Shown: positions 27,732-39,337, counted from the first letter of the stretch. The stretch: 64,000 nt of DNA from Candidatus Nomurabacteria bacterium RIFCSPHIGHO2_02_FULL_42_19 (GCA_001785615.1 MFUG01000013.1:11006-75005); one strand, 5' to 3'. Numbers and translations are program-made. Notes: generated from the sequence alone by a model not told the origin.

Positions 27732-28847
27732 TCACCCAAGCGCTTTGATGCCGGGCAGGGTGCCGTTCGCCAGAAAGTCCAAAGTAGCGCCACCGCCGGT
27801 GGAAACGAAAGAAAAATCTTTTTCTATTTGCATTTGAGAAATAAGAGCCACCGTATCTCCGCCGCCGATAATGCTTTTAGCCCCTGAATCAGCGACCATT
27901 TTTAATATTTTTTTAGTCCCCTTCTCTCCGCCCACTTCATACTTCCCCAGCGGACCATTCCAAAGAATTAATTTTGCATTTTTAATGTAGGGCTCCAGTT
28001 TTTTTATCGTTTTATCTCCCACATCCAGAATAACTTCATCTTTTTGCACTTCTTCTGCCCTTTTATTTACAAGCTTATCGCCCACTTGGATCGTTACATC
28101 CTCCGGCACTATTAACTTTTTATTTTCAAGAAACTTTGTTAGATCGTAGCCCGAATCATCCACCAGCGATTGTCCTACTTCGTATCCTCTGGCTTTCAAA
28201 ACATCGTTCGCCAGCGCACCGCCAATGAATACATTATCAGCGAGTTCTAGATACTTATCGATCAGCGGTAATTTAGTAGAAAACTTGGCTCCCCCCAGAA
28301 TGAACAAAAAAGGATGTTCTGGATTTTCAAAAGCACTAGATAAATGTTTGACTTCTTCTTGGAGCTGTAATCCTGCGTAGGCAGGCAGAATCTTGGGCAA
28401 CAAAACAAGCGAAGCGTCTTCTCGGTGGTCAACTGGGAAGGCCTCATTCACGTAAATTTCCGCGAGCTTTGAAAGCTCGAGGGCAAAAATCTGGCTGTTT
28501 TCTTTCTCCCTCGGATCATTTCTTAAATTTTCAAGTAGAATTATCTCGCCTTCCTTCATCTCGGCCACTGCATTTTGTACTTTTTCTCCTAAAACATCTG
28601 GTACAAATTTAACTTTAATAAATTTCTCCAGGGCTTCTACCACTGGAGCCATGCCCCCTTCGCCTTTACTTAAATGGCTAGCCAAAATAATTTTGGCGCC
28701 TTTCTTTTGCAAAAATTCTATAGTAGGTAGAGCTTTCTTGATGCGAAAATTATCTTGAGCTTTTCCACCTACAATAGGCAGATTTAAGTCCGCTCGCAAA
28801 AATACCACTTTTCCTTTTATGTCTTTTAACTCTTTAACGCTTCGCAT
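27732..28847 (-). CDS. pgk: Phosphoglycerate kinase
   Basis: RADLNLP, LLENLR, WNGPLG, VSTGGGA. Confidence 0.95.
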   Translation of the reverse strand: MRSVKELKDIKGKVVFLRADLNLPIVGGKAQDNFRIKKALPTIEFLQKKGAKIILASHLSKGEGGMAPVVEALEKFIKVKFVPDVLGEKVQNAVAEMKEGEIILLENLRNDPREKENSQIFALELSKLAEIYVNEAFPVDHREDASLVLLPKILPAYAGLQLQEEVKHLSSAFENPEHPFLFILGGAKFSTKLPLIDKYLELADNVFIGGALANDVLKARGYEVGQSLVDDSGYDLTKFLENKKLIVPEDVTIQVGDKLVNKRAEEVQKDEVILDVGDKTIKKLEPYIKNAKLILWNGPLGKYEVGGEKGTKKILKMVADSGAKSIIGGGDTVALISQMQIEKDFSFVSTGGGATLDFLANGTLPGIKALG

Positions 28848-29608
28848 ATTTTTACAATCTCTAAAAATTTTAACGGATCTATGCTTGCTCGGCCAACCAA
28901 AAGTCCGTCTACTCCGCCGTTTGTCAGAAACTCTCCGGCATCGCGGTCAGTCACGGAACCACCATAAAGAATACGGGTGTTTGAGGCCATTTGGGGCGAA
29001 CTAATGTCAGATAAAACTTTCCGGATAAACACTGCCATTTCCAGCGAGTCAGCCGCGGTGGCGTCCCGGCGACTGGGAGTACTGGAGATAGACCATACCG
29101 GCTCGTAAGCAATTATGACTTTTGAAATTGATTCTTTGGAAACTCCTTTTAAGCACTCTTTCACCTGCGTTTTTACAATATTAAAATATTCATGCTTTTC
29201 ATCTCTTTCTTTTTCCCCGATACAAATCACTGGCACTAGACCGGATAGAAGTGCGGACTTTATTTTTTTATTTACAATTTCATTCGTCTCTCCTCCGCCG
29301 GCTGGCGGACTCCTCCTTTCCGAATGACCTAAAATTACGTATTTAACACCCAAATTATAGAGCATCTCAGCCGAGACCTCTCCGGTGAAAGGCCCTACTT
29401 CCCCGGGATACGCGTTTTGTGCCCCCAGCATTATTTTTCTAGAAACTTTTTTTAACTTCTCTAAGTATAAAAAAGGCGGGCAAATGACGACCTCTGTTCT
29501 TTTGATTCGCTTGATGGACTTGGCAATGTTTAGAAGCCATTTTCCTGCTTCGGTCGCCGTGCTCGGGTTCATTTTCCAGTTAGCGATGACTATATTTCTT
29601 TTTGCCAT
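28826..29608 (-). CDS. tpiA: Triosephosphate isomerase
   Basis: ANWKMN, GHSERR, AYEPVW, LYGGSV, GLLVGRAS; start at MAKRN. Confidence 0.95.
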   Translation of the reverse strand: MAKRNIVIANWKMNPSTATEAGKWLLNIAKSIKRIKRTEVVICPPFLYLEKLKKVSRKIMLGAQNAYPGEVGPFTGEVSAEMLYNLGVKYVILGHSERRSPPAGGGETNEIVNKKIKSALLSGLVPVICIGEKERDEKHEYFNIVKTQVKECLKGVSKESISKVIIAYEPVWSISSTPSRRDATAADSLEMAVFIRKVLSDISSPQMASNTRILYGGSVTDRDAGEFLTNGGVDGLLVGRASIDPLKFLEIVKICEALKS

Positions 29609-29645
29609 ATGGCGAATTATATCATAATGCGTTAAAATATAGGTA

Positions 29646-30974
29646 ATGAACTTCAATGCTGAGCGAAGAGGATTTACTTTAATTGAGACATTGGTCGGTA
29701 GTGCTGTTTTTATCCTAGTGGCTCTTTCTGCTTATAAGGCCTTCGGGGTATTGATGGACGCCGTGTCTTCATCGCAAGCAAAAGTTGCCGCTACCTCGCT
29801 CGCTAATGAGAGATTTGAAATCGTGCGCAATTTACCTTACGGTGATGTGGGAATAGTAGCTGGGTTGCCGGTAGGGAAAATTCAAAGAACCCAAACGCTT
29901 ATACGTGACGGCTATTCTTTTACCGTACAGACAACTATCCGAAGCGTAGATGATACTTTTGACGGCACGATTGGCGGAAATCCCGGGGACACTTCGCCCG
30001 CTGACTACAAATTGGCGGACCTGGATATAACTTGCTCAAATTGTAAAATCTTTTCTCCGCTCAAATTCACTACTCTGGTCGCCCCGCGCGCGCTGGAAAC
30101 TGCTTCCACTAATGGCGCTCTTTTTATCCAGGTATTTGATACGGGTGGTTTGCCTATTTCTGGGGCCTCGATTCATATTGTAAATACTCAAACCAACCCG
30201 GACACCGTCATAGATGAAATAACTGATAACGGTGGGTGGATAAAAGTAGTGGACGCCCCGCCGGGAACCAACGCCTATAATCTTACCGCTACTAAATCAG
30301 GCTATTCACAAGATCAGACGTACCCGCTGGGCGGAGCCGCCGGGCCAAATCCTCTTAAGCCGGATGCAACCGTCGTATTGCAACAAGTAACCCAAACCAG
30401 TTTGTCCATAGATAGAACAAGCTCACTCAATGTCTCCTCGGTAGATGCTGCCTGCCTCGCTCTCCCTGACATCGGTTTTTCTTTAACTGGCACAAAAATT
30501 ATCGGCGCGCCGGCTGTTTTGAAATACCCAACTCAGAACTTTACTACAGATAGCGCCGGTTCCCGCGTATTTTTAAGTTTAGAAGCGGATACTTATGGGG
30601 TTTTGTTAACCTCCGCTCTCTATGACTTGGCTGGCACAACTCTTTTACCATCTTTTGCCTTAAATCCAAACGAGAATAAATCCTTGCAGTTGGTTGCCGT
30701 ACCGCATATAAATAGAGCATTTTTGGTTTCGGTAAAGGACTCGGCTAACGTGACGATAGACGGAGCTACGGTGCGTTTGGAAAAAAGTGGGTTTGACGAA
30801 ACAAAAACCACAAATTCAGGAACATGCGCTACCCCGGGCCAGGTCTTTTGGAATGGGCTTGCTAGTGGAACATATACTCTGACTATTTCTAAAGCGGGAT
30901 TTCAGACATATACGGATACTGCTTTAGATATGTCCTCTACTTGGCAAGAACAAACGATAACCCTAATTCCATAA
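29646..30974 (+). CDS. Prepilin-type (PilV-like) protein with carboxypeptidase-regulatory-like repeats
   Basis: RRG|FTLIE class III signal peptide. Confidence 0.85.
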   Translation: MNFNAERRGFTLIETLVGSAVFILVALSAYKAFGVLMDAVSSSQAKVAATSLANERFEIVRNLPYGDVGIVAGLPVGKIQRTQTLIRDGYSFTVQTTIRSVDDTFDGTIGGNPGDTSPADYKLADLDITCSNCKIFSPLKFTTLVAPRALETASTNGALFIQVFDTGGLPISGASIHIVNTQTNPDTVIDEITDNGGWIKVVDAPPGTNAYNLTATKSGYSQDQTYPLGGAAGPNPLKPDATVVLQQVTQTSLSIDRTSSLNVSSVDAACLALPDIGFSLTGTKIIGAPAVLKYPTQNFTTDSAGSRVFLSLEADTYGVLLTSALYDLAGTTLLPSFALNPNENKSLQLVAVPHINRAFLVSVKDSANVTIDGATVRLEKSGFDETKTTNSGTCATPGQVFWNGLASGTYTLTISKAGFQTYTDTALDMSSTWQEQTITLIP

Positions 30975-30975
30975 A

Positions 30976-31611
30976 ATGCAAAAAAAGATAAAAACAAAAA
31001 ATAAAAAAGCTGATTTCGGAAACAATAGGGGTTTTACTCTGGTTGAAATACTATTCGGAGTGGGAATTTTTGTTATAATAGTTGGGGCCCTGACTTTTTT
31101 CTCCAGAAATATCTGGATTTATGGGTCTTATGTCTCTGTTGGATTGTCTGACGCCAACAGTGGAAGGATCGCGCTTAAAACAATGGTGGCGGAAATACGC
31201 ACGGCTTCTACCGCAGAGACCGGATCATATGTCATAGCGTTGGCCACCGCTACGGCTTTTACTTTTTATTCCGACATAGACAATGATGGATTAAAAGAAA
31301 AAGTAAGATATTTTTTAAATGGTTCAGAGCTTCAAAAAGGAGTCATCAAGCCGACCGGCAGTCCGCTTTTTTACAATGTGGTAAATGAAAAAATTTCAAC
31401 GCTTACTTCTTATGTAACCAACGCTACAATTTTTCAATATTATGATAAAAATTATGATGGCACGACGGCAGCGCTCACTTCTCCGATAAATATATCCTCT
31501 GTTCGTTTAGTTAAAATAACTATGGACCTGGATAAAGACCCGAATCGCGCTCCGGCCACAACAACATTTTCCTCCCAGGTCTCTTTAAGAAATTTGAAAG
31601 ATAATTTATGA
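30976..31611 (+). CDS. Minor pilin (PilW-like)
   Basis: NRG|FTLVE signal peptide. Confidence 0.85.
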   Translation: MQKKIKTKNKKADFGNNRGFTLVEILFGVGIFVIIVGALTFFSRNIWIYGSYVSVGLSDANSGRIALKTMVAEIRTASTAETGSYVIALATATAFTFYSDIDNDGLKEKVRYFLNGSELQKGVIKPTGSPLFYNVVNEKISTLTSYVTNATIFQYYDKNYDGTTAALTSPINISSVRLVKITMDLDKDPNRAPATTTFSSQVSLRNLKDNL

Positions 31612-33062
31612 CCCATTCGAAGATAATCAAAAAAAAAGACGGGGATAAAGGTATAATTATAGTGCAAACAATGGTCTTCGCCGCTATTGTCGTAATCATC
31701 ATCGGAGCACTTTCAAGTTTTGCCGCTACAACCATAAAAGCAGGAAGGATAAATTTTAATCGGGAGCAGGCCCTGCAAGCGGCGGAGGCCGGCATTGATT
31801 ATTATCGTTGGCATTTGGCGCACGCGCCAAGCGACTACCAGGACGGCACTGGCGCTCCGGGGCCTTATGTGCATTCATTGAAAGACAAAAGCGGAAATAC
31901 GGTTGGAGAATTTTCTCTGGACCTTACCGCGCCACCCGTCGGATCAACGATAGTTAAAATAAAGTCAACCGGGTCTTCGGTGCTTGATGCGTCTTACCTA
32001 AGAAAAATATTGAGTTTCGTCGCAAAGCCCTCCATCGCTAAATACGCCGTCGCGGGGAACAACGCTATGCGCTTCGGCGTCGGCACGGAAATTTTCGGAC
32101 CAGTGCACGTAAATGGGGGAATACGTTTTGACGGTCTGGCGCACAACCTGGTAACCAGCGGAGCGACAACTTATACCGATGGGGACTATGACGCTTGCAC
32201 TGGCGCCAATTCTTACGGAGTCCATACCTGTGTCAACCCAGACGACCCGACATCGCCGACGCCACTTCCTTCTCGACCGGATGTTTTTGAGGCCGGACGT
32301 TTAATTAGTCAGCCGATAATTGACTTTACTAGTTTTACCGCCGACTTAGCAATATTACAGGCAAATGCAATAGCAAGTGGATTTTATAGAGACGTAGCCG
32401 GTAGCGGATATGTGGGTTATCATTTGGTCTTAAAAACAAATGATACTTTCGATTTATATAAAATAAATTCGTGGGCGAGTTTGGGTAGCTGTTCGTCATC
32501 GCCCTCGGGAACGCCCAGCTGGAGTGTTGGTACTCAAACCCTAGAAGGTAATTACCCGTTCCCGGCCAATGGAATAATATTTATAGAAGATCACTTGGTA
32601 ATAGACGGACAGATAAACGGGGCACGACTCACCATCACGGCCGCTGACTTGCCGGTACCTTCTTCCTCTTCCGGCTATAAAAATGTTTTAACAAATAACG
32701 ACTTGTCTTATACGAATTATGACGGTACGGACTCTATTGGAATAATTGGACAGAAAGGGGTAATGGTAGGGCTCTTCAGTGAAGATAACTTAAAAATAGA
32801 TGCGGCGCTTATCGCGCAAAACGACCGAGTGGGAAGATTTTATTATTCGGGCGGAAGTTGCACCTATAAAAATCGAAGTGTTATTTCTCTCTACGGCATG
32901 ATTGCCTCTTATGCCAGATACGGATTCGCCTATACAAACGGTACTGGTTATACCACGCGAAATATAACTTATGATGCGAATTTGCTGTACGCTCCGCCTC
33001 CGGACTTTCCTCTTACTTCGGATGAATACCAGATTCTTTCATGGCAGGAAGTGTATAACTAA
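31608..33062 (+). CDS. Minor pilin (PilX-like)
   Basis: KG|IIIV hydrophobic N-terminus lacking E5, ALQAAEAG motif, C-terminal SWQE. Confidence 0.75.
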   Translation: MTHSKIIKKKDGDKGIIIVQTMVFAAIVVIIIGALSSFAATTIKAGRINFNREQALQAAEAGIDYYRWHLAHAPSDYQDGTGAPGPYVHSLKDKSGNTVGEFSLDLTAPPVGSTIVKIKSTGSSVLDASYLRKILSFVAKPSIAKYAVAGNNAMRFGVGTEIFGPVHVNGGIRFDGLAHNLVTSGATTYTDGDYDACTGANSYGVHTCVNPDDPTSPTPLPSRPDVFEAGRLISQPIIDFTSFTADLAILQANAIASGFYRDVAGSGYVGYHLVLKTNDTFDLYKINSWASLGSCSSSPSGTPSWSVGTQTLEGNYPFPANGIIFIEDHLVIDGQINGARLTITAADLPVPSSSSGYKNVLTNNDLSYTNYDGTDSIGIIGQKGVMVGLFSEDNLKIDAALIAQNDRVGRFYYSGGSCTYKNRSVISLYGMIASYARYGFAYTNGTGYTTRNITYDANLLYAPPPDFPLTSDEYQILSWQEVYN

Positions 33063-33064
33063 GA

Positions 33065-34282
33065 TTATTTAATTTCATCTAGAATAGAATAAAGCGGTGA
33101 AATCATAGAAATGGCGAAAAATCCTACCCCAGAGCCGATAAGAATCATGAGCACCGGTTCGATAATGGTGGAAAGGTTCTTGGTTTTGTTTTCAATTTCT
33201 TCTTCATAAAATGTTGCGACTTGGAGCAACATATCCGAGAGTTTACCGGTCTCCTCTCCCACTTCAACCATTTCCGACATCATTATTGGGTAAAGTTTTG
33301 GATTGGCTTTGAAGACCGCCGAAAAAGGAGTGCCTTTTTCTATGGCTAGTTTTGCGTCATTTAGGACCTGTTTGTAATAAACATTTTGCACTACATCTCC
33401 GGTTATCTCCACTGCCCTGGTGATAGAAACCCCGGCAAGCAAGAGAGACGACATTGTACGGGTGGTACGAGCCGTGTTTAGTTCTTTGGCTAAAGTACCG
33501 ATAAGTGGGAGCCGCACAACCACAAAGTCAACATACTTAGCCATAAATTTCGCCCGGAAAAGAGCCACTAAACAAAAAACAGCGCTAATTATTATGGCAA
33601 ACGTTAGTAGAAGATGATTTGAGAAAAAGTTGCCAATCCAGATAATGGCGCGCGTGGAAAGAGGCAGGGCAACCCCGAGTTCCTTAAAGGTGCTGGCGAG
33701 TGTCGGCACTACGAAAGCAAACATTAAAACGCCAATGACGACCATCGCCGAGAGAATTACCCCCGGATAAATAAGGGCTCCTTGGATTTTTTTCGTTAAA
33801 GAGTGGGCTTTCTCCAGATTGATACCGATATCCGAAAGCGCGCCAGCCAGGTTGCCGGACTCTTCTCCCGCTTTAGTCATGGATACAAAAAGTTTTGAAA
33901 AAATATTTGGGAATTTTGAAAATGCGGAGGATAACGTTTCGCCAGAATTTATATCATTACCGAGTGATACCAAAACCTTATTGAGAGTGGCATTTTTTGT
34001 CTGTTTTTCCAGAACGGACAATGCTCTAAAGAGCGAGAGCCCGGCCCGAATCATTCCGCTTAGGTTTTTTGTTAAGATTATCAATTCTGCCGTTTTGACT
34101 CTTCCTAAAAATTCCTTAAATAGGCGCGCGACATCAAAAGAGCCGCTACTTTTTGAAGTTATGGATATGGGAATACTGCCCTTGGATCGCAATTCGCGCC
34201 CAAGAGAAAAACGGTCCTGGGACTCCAGCATTCCTTCAATGATTTCTCCATCTTTTGATTTTGCTTTGTAAGAAAAAAGCAT
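33065..34282 (-). CDS. pilC: Type IV pilus/T2SS platform protein (PilC/GspF)
   Basis: AGEESGNL, ALIYP, VGEETGKL, IIEP. Confidence 0.92.
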   Translation of the reverse strand: MLFSYKAKSKDGEIIEGMLESQDRFSLGRELRSKGSIPISITSKSSGSFDVARLFKEFLGRVKTAELIILTKNLSGMIRAGLSLFRALSVLEKQTKNATLNKVLVSLGNDINSGETLSSAFSKFPNIFSKLFVSMTKAGEESGNLAGALSDIGINLEKAHSLTKKIQGALIYPGVILSAMVVIGVLMFAFVVPTLASTFKELGVALPLSTRAIIWIGNFFSNHLLLTFAIIISAVFCLVALFRAKFMAKYVDFVVVRLPLIGTLAKELNTARTTRTMSSLLLAGVSITRAVEITGDVVQNVYYKQVLNDAKLAIEKGTPFSAVFKANPKLYPIMMSEMVEVGEETGKLSDMLLQVATFYEEEIENKTKNLSTIIEPVLMILIGSGVGFFAISMISPLYSILDEIK

Positions 34283-34302
34283 TTTATGTCTTCGCGATAT
34301 TT

Positions 34303-36057
34303 TTATTCAGAAACCACACGAAACACCTCTTCTAAAGTAGTGACTCCGATTACCGCTTGAAAAACACCGTCTTCCAGCATGGTCATCATTCCCTCTTTCT
34401 TGGCCTGCACTTCTATATCGTCTTGCGAACTTCCTTTGAGAATCATTTCTCTGATGGTGGCGGTTACCTTCAACACTTCGTGGATACCAACACGATTTGA
34501 ATATCCATCAGGCGATTCAGCGTTTTTTACCGCTTTATAGAAAGGAACTTTTTCCCAAGTACTTTTGGCATCTATCATTTTTTCTTTTTTAAGAAGGGCT
34601 AGCATTCGGTCCAGGTCAACCAGTTTTGCCAAATTTTTTATCTCGGCTTCGGATAAAAAGTACTTTTCTTTATTAGATACGAGTTTACGCACCAATCTTT
34701 GCGCAATAATGGTTTTAATCGTAGAAGTTAAAAGAAAGGGTTCAACCCCCATATCTACTAATCTCGGAATTGCCCCGGAAGCGGAATTGGTATGGATGGT
34801 GGAGAGAACTAAATGACCAGTAAGCGCGGCATTGATTGCGAGTCCGGCTGTTTCTCCGTCGCGAATTTCTCCCACCATAATGATATCTGGGTCTTGACGC
34901 AGGAGGGAGCGCAGCCCGTTGGCAAAAGTGAGTCCGATTTCCGGTTTTACTTGGGTTTGATTGATTCTGGGCATCTGATATTCAATCGGATCCTCTACGG
35001 TGGAAATATTAACTTCTGGTTTATTCAAAATTTCAATCATGGTGTAGAGAGTAGTCGTTTTTCCGGAGCCAGTCGGGCCCGTAGCCAGCACCATTCCGGT
35101 CTTGAGCTTGAGTGAGGCATAGATTTCTTCCAGTCCTTCGCCGTGAAAGCCGAGGGTCTCTAGTGAAAACCCCGAAGAATTTTCTTTCAATAACCTTATT
35201 ACTGTTTTCTCTCCAAAAAAGGTAGGTAGAGTAGAAACACGAAAAGAAATTTTTTCTCCGTTCTGTTCTATCTTAAACCTACCATCTTGGGGTAATCTTT
35301 TTTCATCCAGTTTCAGGTTGGCAAGGACTTTTATGCGAGCGGTTATACCGGATCCAGCATTTTTATCCAGTACCATGGCATCGTGCAATATTCCGTCTAT
35401 TCGGTAACGGATAGAAAGTTCTTTTTCGCCAGGTTCAATATGAATATCAGAAGCATTTTGCAAGGTCGCGTGAAAAATTAAAGAGTCAACAATTTTAACT
35501 ACCGGTAGCTCTTCGGCCATTTCCTTCAATTCTTTCTCTGACTTTTCACCTTCTCCGGAGGAGGGCTTGATGGAAGTAGATTCTTTTTGAATGATATTGT
35601 CAAACTCAACTTGCAAACTTTTCCGGTATTGCACCAGTACTGCCTTGATTGAGGCAGAGTCGGTAAGTCGAGGTAAAATTTTAAGTCCAGAACGCTTCTT
35701 AATAAAATCAATGACGGTTAGGTCGTCAACGTCCAGCATTGCCACTTCGAGTCCGGTCTCACTCTTTTTATAAGCAATGATATTGTAGTTTCTGGCAATC
35801 GGTTCGGGTATTAGGGAAAGGATAGAAAAATCAATTTTTTGAGTGCTTAAATCCACATAAGGAATACCCAGAACAAAGGCCTGCATTCTTTTTAAGTCGG
35901 CTTCGGATATCTTGCCGCTTGAAAGCAGGGCATCTTCAATTTTTTGATTTTTTGTCTTGGCTTTTTTTATGATTGTGTCTAGATCGGGACGAGAGACAAG
36001 TCCGGAGTCCAGGACAAATTTTTCCAACTGTTCCTCATTGATTTGCATGCTTAACAT
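34303..36057 (-). CDS. pilB: Type IV pilus assembly ATPase (PilB/GspE)
   Basis: ASDIHIEP, GPTGSGKTTT, EDPIE, LRQDPDIIMVGEIRD. Confidence 0.93.
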   Translation of the reverse strand: MLSMQINEEQLEKFVLDSGLVSRPDLDTIIKKAKTKNQKIEDALLSSGKISEADLKRMQAFVLGIPYVDLSTQKIDFSILSLIPEPIARNYNIIAYKKSETGLEVAMLDVDDLTVIDFIKKRSGLKILPRLTDSASIKAVLVQYRKSLQVEFDNIIQKESTSIKPSSGEGEKSEKELKEMAEELPVVKIVDSLIFHATLQNASDIHIEPGEKELSIRYRIDGILHDAMVLDKNAGSGITARIKVLANLKLDEKRLPQDGRFKIEQNGEKISFRVSTLPTFFGEKTVIRLLKENSSGFSLETLGFHGEGLEEIYASLKLKTGMVLATGPTGSGKTTTLYTMIEILNKPEVNISTVEDPIEYQMPRINQTQVKPEIGLTFANGLRSLLRQDPDIIMVGEIRDGETAGLAINAALTGHLVLSTIHTNSASGAIPRLVDMGVEPFLLTSTIKTIIAQRLVRKLVSNKEKYFLSEAEIKNLAKLVDLDRMLALLKKEKMIDAKSTWEKVPFYKAVKNAESPDGYSNRVGIHEVLKVTATIREMILKGSSQDDIEVQAKKEGMMTMLEDGVFQAVIGVTTLEEVFRVVSE

Positions 36058-36071
36058 TATATCAAGAAATC

Positions 36072-36138
36072 TTGCATTCCAACAGACCTTGTGCTAGCAT
36101 GCAAGGTGTATGAGTCCTGTCAGAACAGGGCTTTTTTT
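36072..36138 (+). promoter_or_regulatory. nusA promoter followed by a leader terminator
   Basis: TTGCAT-N17-TAGCAT (36072-36100), then AGTCCTGT-CAGA-ACAGGGCT plus T tract (36113-36138) before the nusA ATG. Confidence 0.6.
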
Positions 36139-36161
36139 ATTAAAAATTAAATAAAACAACT

Positions 36162-37295
36162 ATGTTAGACCTAAAAACATTCAAATCAGCATTGGAACAA
36201 CTGGAAGAAGAGAGGAAAATCCCGAAAGAAAAAATCCTAGACGCAATAGAGCAAGCAATGGCGGCGGCCTATAAGAAGGACTATGGTAAAAAGGGGCAGA
36301 TAATCCGATCCAAATTTGATCTGGAGACCGGCAAGGCAACTTTTTTCCAGGTGAAAATTGTAGTGGACGAGACCATTGCTCGGGTAGGAGAAGGCAAGGC
36401 AGATGGAGAAGAGTATTCGGTAAAAAACGAAAATGATGAACGCGTGCGTTTCAATGAAGAGCATCACATCATGTTAGAAGACGCTAAAAAAATAAAAAGG
36501 GGGGTGGAATTAAATGATGAGATTACCTTCCCGTTGGAACCAAAAGAGGACTATGGGCGTATCGCCGCCCAAACCGCCAAACAAGTCATCATCCAAAAAA
36601 TCCGCGAGGCCGAACGTACATCCATCATAGACGAATATGGTACTAAGGAAGGAGAAATAGTTTCAGGAGTAGTGCAAAAAATCGAAAGAGGGAATGTTTA
36701 TATTGATTTTAATCGTGCTACAGGAATACTGCCGGCGGAGGAACAGATCCCCGGAGAATACCTGGAGAGAGGTCAACGCATCCGAACTTATCTGTATCAA
36801 GTAGAAGACACGCCGAGAGGTATAAATCTTCGTCTCTCTCGCACTCATCCGAAATTTGTGGAAAAGCTTTTTGCCGTTGAGGCGCCGGAAATCGCCAGCG
36901 GCATTGTGGAAATAAAGGCCATCGCCCGGGAAGCAGGCGCTCGTTCTAAGATTGCGGTCTATTCAAATGATGAGCATATTGACCCGGTCGGCTCATGTGT
37001 CGGACAGAAAGGCACCCGAGTAAACACCATTACGGGAGAGCTGGGGGGAGAAAAAATTGATATAATTCCTTGGTCGGAGAATCCGAAGCAGTTTGTTTCT
37101 AACTCTCTTTCCCCGGCAAAAGTTATCTCTATTGAAATAGACGAGCGAGAGCATAAAGCCACGGTGGAAGTGGCTGATGGTCAATTGTCACTGGCCATAG
37201 GCAAAAGCGGACAAAACGTACGCCTGGCGGCCAAGCTTACCGGCTGGAGAATAGACATTAAGGGTGATGGGGTTTCAGAAGAAAATAAGAAATAA
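36162..37295 (+). CDS. nusA: Transcription termination factor NusA
   Basis: GRIAAQTAKQ, S1/KH domains, SLAIGKSGQNVRLA. Confidence 0.97.
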   Translation: MLDLKTFKSALEQLEEERKIPKEKILDAIEQAMAAAYKKDYGKKGQIIRSKFDLETGKATFFQVKIVVDETIARVGEGKADGEEYSVKNENDERVRFNEEHHIMLEDAKKIKRGVELNDEITFPLEPKEDYGRIAAQTAKQVIIQKIREAERTSIIDEYGTKEGEIVSGVVQKIERGNVYIDFNRATGILPAEEQIPGEYLERGQRIRTYLYQVEDTPRGINLRLSRTHPKFVEKLFAVEAPEIASGIVEIKAIAREAGARSKIAVYSNDEHIDPVGSCVGQKGTRVNTITGELGGEKIDIIPWSENPKQFVSNSLSPAKVISIEIDEREHKATVEVADGQLSLAIGKSGQNVRLAAKLTGWRIDIKGDGVSEENKK

Positions 37296-37318
37296 ATTAT
37301 TATTAACAAAACAAAAAA

Positions 37319-39337
37319 ATGGATAAATTTTTATTGTTTATACTTGTCAGTTCAGTCGTATCAATACTTTACGGGTTGGTCGTGGCTAAAAAGATATTAA
37401 AAAAGAGCGCTGGTAACGAAAAAATGCAAGGAATTGCCAAAGCCATAGAAGAAGGAGCTACGGCTTATTTGAATAGGCAATACAAAACTATCGGCGTCAT
37501 TGCCGTTATATTATTTTTTATCATGGGTCTCGTTCCACAGTTGGGCTGGACGACGGCATTCGGGTTTATCTTCGGCGCGATTCTTTCGGCTTTAGCTGGG
37601 TACATTGGGATGAATGTTTCGGTACGAGCAAATGTGCGCACCGCGGAAGCCGCTAAATTAGGTCTGAAAGAATCCTTAGCCATCGCTTTTGACGGTGGCA
37701 CAGTTACCGGACTTCTAGTCGTCGGGCTTTCTTTGCTTGGAGTTACTTTGTCTTTTATGGTAACTGGCGACGTAAAAGCGCTTATCGGTTTTGGTTTTGG
37801 TGGCTCCTTAATATCAATCTTTGCCCGTTTGGGCGGAGGCATTTTTACTAAAGCCGCGGACGTAGGGGCGGATCTGGTGGGAAAATTAGAAGCCGGCATA
37901 CCGGAAGACGATCCGAGAAATGCCGCCTTTATCGCGGACAATGTGGGCGACAATGTGGGCGACTGCGCTGGTATGGCGGCGGATCTTTTTGAGACCTACG
38001 CGGTTACTTCTATCGCCACAATGCTTTTGGGCTCGCTTATTTTCCCCGACTCACCGAATGCGCTTCTCTTCCCTTTGGCCCTCGGTGGGATGGCGGCTCT
38101 CGCCTCAATTGTGGGCACTTTTTTCGTACGCTTAGGAAAATCTGCCCGCGCAGGCGGATCACCAAATATAATGAATGCTTTATACAAGGGTTTGATTGCG
38201 ACAGGAGTGATTTCGGCAGTCGCTTTTTACCCAATTACAAAAATGCTAATGGGAGACAATGGACTTTATGATGCGCTAAATCTTTTCTACGCAACCTTGG
38301 TCGGACTGGTGGTCACTGGGTTCTTGGTGGTCATTACCGAATATTTTACCGCTTCCAAATATGCCCCTGTTCGATCCATTGCCAATGCGTCGATTTCCGG
38401 ACATGGTACCAATATAATTCAGGGACTTGCGATTTCAATGAAATCAACTGCTTTACCGGTAATAGTTATCACACTCGGAATTCTTTTCTCCTACAATTTT
38501 GCCGGCCTTTATGGTATTGCGGTCGCGGCTATGTCCATGCTTTCCATGGCGGGCATTATCATAGCCATTGATGCTTATGGACCAATTACTGATAACGCCG
38601 GAGGTATTGCGGAAACAGCTGGGCTATCCCCGGAAGTAAGGACTATTACCGACGCTCTTGATGCGGTCGGCAACACCACCAAAGCAGTCACCAAGGGCTA
38701 TGCCATCGGCTCAGCCGGCCTTGCTGCTCTTGTTTTATTTGCTTCTTATACCCAAGAATTTGCAAACGCTGGTCTAAATCTTAATTTCACTTTAGAAGAT
38801 CCAAAGCTTATTGCGGGACTTTTCTTGGGCGGACTTCTGCCTTATTATTTCGGAGCGCTTTGTATGGAAGCAGTGGGAAAAACCGCGGGTAAAGTAGTCG
38901 AAGAGGTACGCAGACAATTTAGAGAAATAAAAGGAATCATGGACGGTAGTGGAAAACCAGAGTACGGAAAATGTGTGGACATTGTGACTAGTAGCGCCAT
39001 CAAGCAGATGATCGTGCCAGCCCTTATCCCAATTGTCGCACCAATTTTAGTTGGTTTTATCTTAGGACCAGTTGCTCTCGGCGGAATGTTGGTGGGCTCA
39101 ATCATCACCGGACTTTTCGTGGCAATATCCATGACCTCTGGCGGCGGGGCCTGGGACAACGCGAAGAAATACATTGAAGAAGGAAACCACGGCGGTAAAG
39201 GAGGAAATGCTCATAAGGCAGCTATCACCGGAGACACCGTAGGCGACCCTTATAAAGATACGGCCGGACCCGCTATCAACCCGATGATTAAAGTACTCAA
39301 TATTGTGGCCTTGCTTCTGGTGGCTTTCTTGGTATAA
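37319..39337 (+). CDS. hppA: Membrane ion-translocating pyrophosphatase (K+-independent signature)
   Basis: [34 protein letters not shown]. Confidence 0.95.
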   Translation: MDKFLLFILVSSVVSILYGLVVAKKILKKSAGNEKMQGIAKAIEEGATAYLNRQYKTIGVIAVILFFIMGLVPQLGWTTAFGFIFGAILSALAGYIGMNVSVRANVRTAEAAKLGLKESLAIAFDGGTVTGLLVVGLSLLGVTLSFMVTGDVKALIGFGFGGSLISIFARLGGGIFTKAADVGADLVGKLEAGIPEDDPRNAAFIADNVGDNVGDCAGMAADLFETYAVTSIATMLLGSLIFPDSPNALLFPLALGGMAALASIVGTFFVRLGKSARAGGSPNIMNALYKGLIATGVISAVAFYPITKMLMGDNGLYDALNLFYATLVGLVVTGFLVVITEYFTASKYAPVRSIANASISGHGTNIIQGLAISMKSTALPVIVITLGILFSYNFAGLYGIAVAAMSMLSMAGIIIAIDAYGPITDNAGGIAETAGLSPEVRTITDALDAVGNTTKAVTKGYAIGSAGLAALVLFASYTQEFANAGLNLNFTLEDPKLIAGLFLGGLLPYYFGALCMEAVGKTAGKVVEEVRRQFREIKGIMDGSGKPEYGKCVDIVTSSAIKQMIVPALIPIVAPILVGFILGPVALGGMLVGSIITGLFVAISMTSGGGAWDNAKKYIEEGNHGGKGGNAHKAAITGDTVGDPYKDTAGPAINPMIKVLNIVALLLVAFLV

